Shown here in pieces: positions 38,779 to 40,921 of a stretch of DNA of 40,921 nt (its first letter is position 1; each line of letters starts with the position of its first letter). Source of the stretch: a virus (Duplodnaviria > Heunggongvirae > Uroviricota > Caudoviricetes). Where the stretch lies: positions 1 to 40,921 of the IMG/VR virus record IMGVR_UViG_2740892440_000004, one strand, 5' to 3'. Below the pieces are notes generated by a model, which saw only the letters and a program-made list of their open reading frames with translations, had not been told where the DNA came from and searched no databases. A program made the translations under genes and the position numbers.

Positions 38779-39673
38779 CCTTTCGCAGTTGCCTGCGCCG
38801 CAGATTGTCGATGTGCCGGACTTTGAGACGCTGCTTGCCGAACGCAAGGCCGAATTTGTTGCGCTTCATCCGAAAGATGAGCAGGAAGCAGTGATCCGCA
38901 CGCTGGAACTGGAATCTGAACCCGTCACCAAATTGCTGCAAGAGAACGCTTATCGTGAGCTGCTTCTGCGCCAGCGCATTAACGAAGCCGCGCAGGCGGT
39001 GATGGTGGCTTATGCGATGGGCGGCGATCTGGACCAGCTCGCCGCCAATTACAACGTGAAACGCCTGACGGTGATACCTGCTGATGATGACGCTGTGCCG
39101 CCCGTTGCGGCTGTGATGGAAAGCGATGAAGCGTTACGCCTGCGTGTGCCTGCAGCCTTTGAGGGGCTTTCAGTTGCGGGGCCAACTGCAGCTTATGAAT
39201 TTCATGCCCGAAGCGCCGACGGTCGGGTGGCGGATGCCAGTGCAACCAGTCCGGCCCCTGCAGAGGTGGTGCTGACTGTCCTGAGTCGCGAAGGCGACGG
39301 AACAGCAGAAAAAGACCTGCTGGATGTGGTGGAGAACGCCCTGAACAGTGAGAACGTCCGCCCGGTGGCTGACCGTCTGACGGTTCGCAGCGCAGAAATC
39401 ATCCCGTACCGCGTGGAAGCCACCATTTTTCTCTATCCGGGACCGGAAGCAGAGCCGGTAATGGCAGCGGCAAAAGCCAGTCTGCAGAAGTACATCGCCA
39501 GTCAGACGCGTCTTGGCCGGGATATTCGCCGTAGCGCCATCTTTGCCGCCCTGCATGTTGAGGGTGTGCAGCGTGTGGAGCTGGCTTCGCCGCTGGCGGA
39601 TGTGGTCCTGAACAAAACACAGGCGGCATCATGTACGCAGTGGAGCGTAACCAACGGAGGAACGGATGAATAG
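38765..39673 (+). CDS. J: baseplate protein J (P2 gpJ family)
   Basis: ATG 38765; approx. 302 aa. Confidence 0.8.
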   Translation: MAVIDLSQLPAPQIVDVPDFETLLAERKAEFVALHPKDEQEAVIRTLELESEPVTKLLQENAYRELLLRQRINEAAQAVMVAYAMGGDLDQLAANYNVKRLTVIPADDDAVPPVAAVMESDEALRLRVPAAFEGLSVAGPTAAYEFHARSADGRVADASATSPAPAEVVLTVLSREGDGTAEKDLLDVVENALNSENVRPVADRLTVRSAEIIPYRVEATIFLYPGPEAEPVMAAAKASLQKYIASQTRLGRDIRRSAIFAALHVEGVQRVELASPLADVVLNKTQAASCTQWSVTNGGTDE

Positions 39674-40271
39674 TCTGCTGCCACCGGGTTCAACTTCACT
39701 GGAGCGCCGACTGGCGCAAACCTGCAGCGGGATTTCTGATTTGCAGGTGCCGCTGCGTGACTTGTGGAATCCAACGACCTGTCCGGTCAGTTTCCTGCCT
39801 TATCTCGCCTGGGCGTTCTCTGTGGATCGCTGGGACGAGGACTGGACGGAAAGTGTCAAACGCCAGGTGGTGAAGGATGCTTTTTATATTCATCAGCATA
39901 AAGGAACCACCAGTGCCGTGCGGCGGGTAGTGGAACCGTTCGGCTTCCTGATCCGCATTATTGAGTGGTGGCAGACCGGAGAAACACCAGGCACGTTTCG
40001 CCTGGATATCGGCGTGCAGGATCAGGGCATCACTGAAGATACCTATCTGGAACTTGAGCGACTGATAAGCGATGCCAAACCCTGCAGCCGTCACATGATC
40101 GGCATGTCCATCAATCTGCAGACCAGCGGCCCGCATTGGGTGGGAGCCGCCAGTTATCTTGGCGAAGAAATCACGATCTATCCGTATATCAACGAAACAA
40201 TTATTTCCGGCGGCACCGCGCATGAAGGCGGGGCGGTCCATGTTATTGACACAATGAGAGTGAATCCATGA
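39666..40271 (+). CDS. I: baseplate/tail protein I (P2 gpI family)
   Basis: 201 aa overlapping J stop. Confidence 0.75.
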   Translation: MNSLLPPGSTSLERRLAQTCSGISDLQVPLRDLWNPTTCPVSFLPYLAWAFSVDRWDEDWTESVKRQVVKDAFYIHQHKGTTSAVRRVVEPFGFLIRIIEWWQTGETPGTFRLDIGVQDQGITEDTYLELERLISDAKPCSRHMIGMSINLQTSGPHWVGAASYLGEEITIYPYINETIISGGTAHEGGAVHVIDTMRVNP

Positions 40272-40921
40272 GCACAAAATTTTATACCCTGCTGACGGAT
40301 ATTGGCGCGGCGAAACTTGCCAGCGCCGCCGCGCTCGGTGTGCCTTTAAAAATTACCCATATGGCGGTCGGCGATGGCGGCGGAACATTACCAACGCCGG
40401 GCGCAAAGCAGACAGCACTGGTAAATGAGAAACGCCGGGCTGCGCTGAATATGCTCTATATCGACCCGCAGAACAGCAGCCAGATTATTGCTGAACAGGT
40501 GATCCCTGAAAACGAGGGCGGTTGGTGGATACGTGAAGTGGGCTTGTTTGATGAGTCCGGGGCATTGATTGCCGTGGGTAACTGCCCGGAAAGCTATAAG
40601 CCGCAACTGGCTGAAGGCAGTGGGCGTACCCAGACCGTGCGCATGGTGCTGATTACCAGTAGTACGGACAATATCATCCTGAAAATCGACCCTGCTGTAG
40701 TGCTGGCAACCCGCAAGTATGTGGATGACAAAATATCAGAGCACGAACAGTCACGACGTCACCCGGACGCCTCGCTGACTGCAAAAGGTTTTACTCAGTT
40801 AAGCAGTGCGACCAACAGTGAATCCGAAATACTGGCCGCAACACCGAAGGCTGTGAAGGTGCATATGATCTTGCAGCAGGTAAAGCATCCGCCAGTCACA
40901 CACACCCGTGGAATCAGATAA
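40268..40921 (+). pseudogene. H: tail fibre protein (P2 gpH family) N-terminal part; frameshifted at about 40850 and cut by the window end
   Basis: N-terminus MSTKFYTLLTDIGAAKLASAA...MAVGDGGG...EHEQSRRHPDASLTAKGFTQLSSATNS typical of P2-like fibres; after ...AATPKAVK the frame runs to a stop, while the +2 frame continues GAYDLAAGKASASHTHPW. Confidence 0.75.

Overview
The window reads as an enterobacterial chromosomal segment downstream of ssrA carrying three tandem mobile segments, on a strand where ssrA would lie to the right of the window. (1) Positions 1-5700: a decayed islet with a low-GC ORF, a serine-recombinase fragment and a frameshifted AIDA-type autotransporter. (2) About 5700-18120: a P4-like satellite element with alpha primase-helicase, AlpA, sid-like/psu/delta, a cos-like site, low-GC cargo and a P4-type integrase abutting a 45-nt copy of the tmRNA 3' end (att). 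(3) About 18170 to the window end: the left ~22.8 kb of a 186/P2-like myovirus prophage (moron membrane protein, int, LexA-like CI, apl/cox, cII, dam, replication gpA, a LexA-box-controlled DinI/Tum-like gene, a cos-like site, a 3-gene low-GC cargo operon, then portal, terminase, capsid, lysis and baseplate/tail-fibre genes). The most interesting content is the cargo at accessory positions: an uncharacterised three-gene operon between the phage cos-like site and the portal gene (27132-29005); a nuclease-like + DEAH-helicase + third-gene operon (Hachiman-like architecture) plus a HEPN-like gene in the satellite; and a membrane protein translationally coupled to the phage integrase. At least eight conserved genes are broken by single-base frameshifts, mostly contractions of G/C runs, which looks like systematic assembly error rather than decay and makes ORF boundaries provisional. 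All functional calls rest on motifs and recalled family resemblance; no database search was run.
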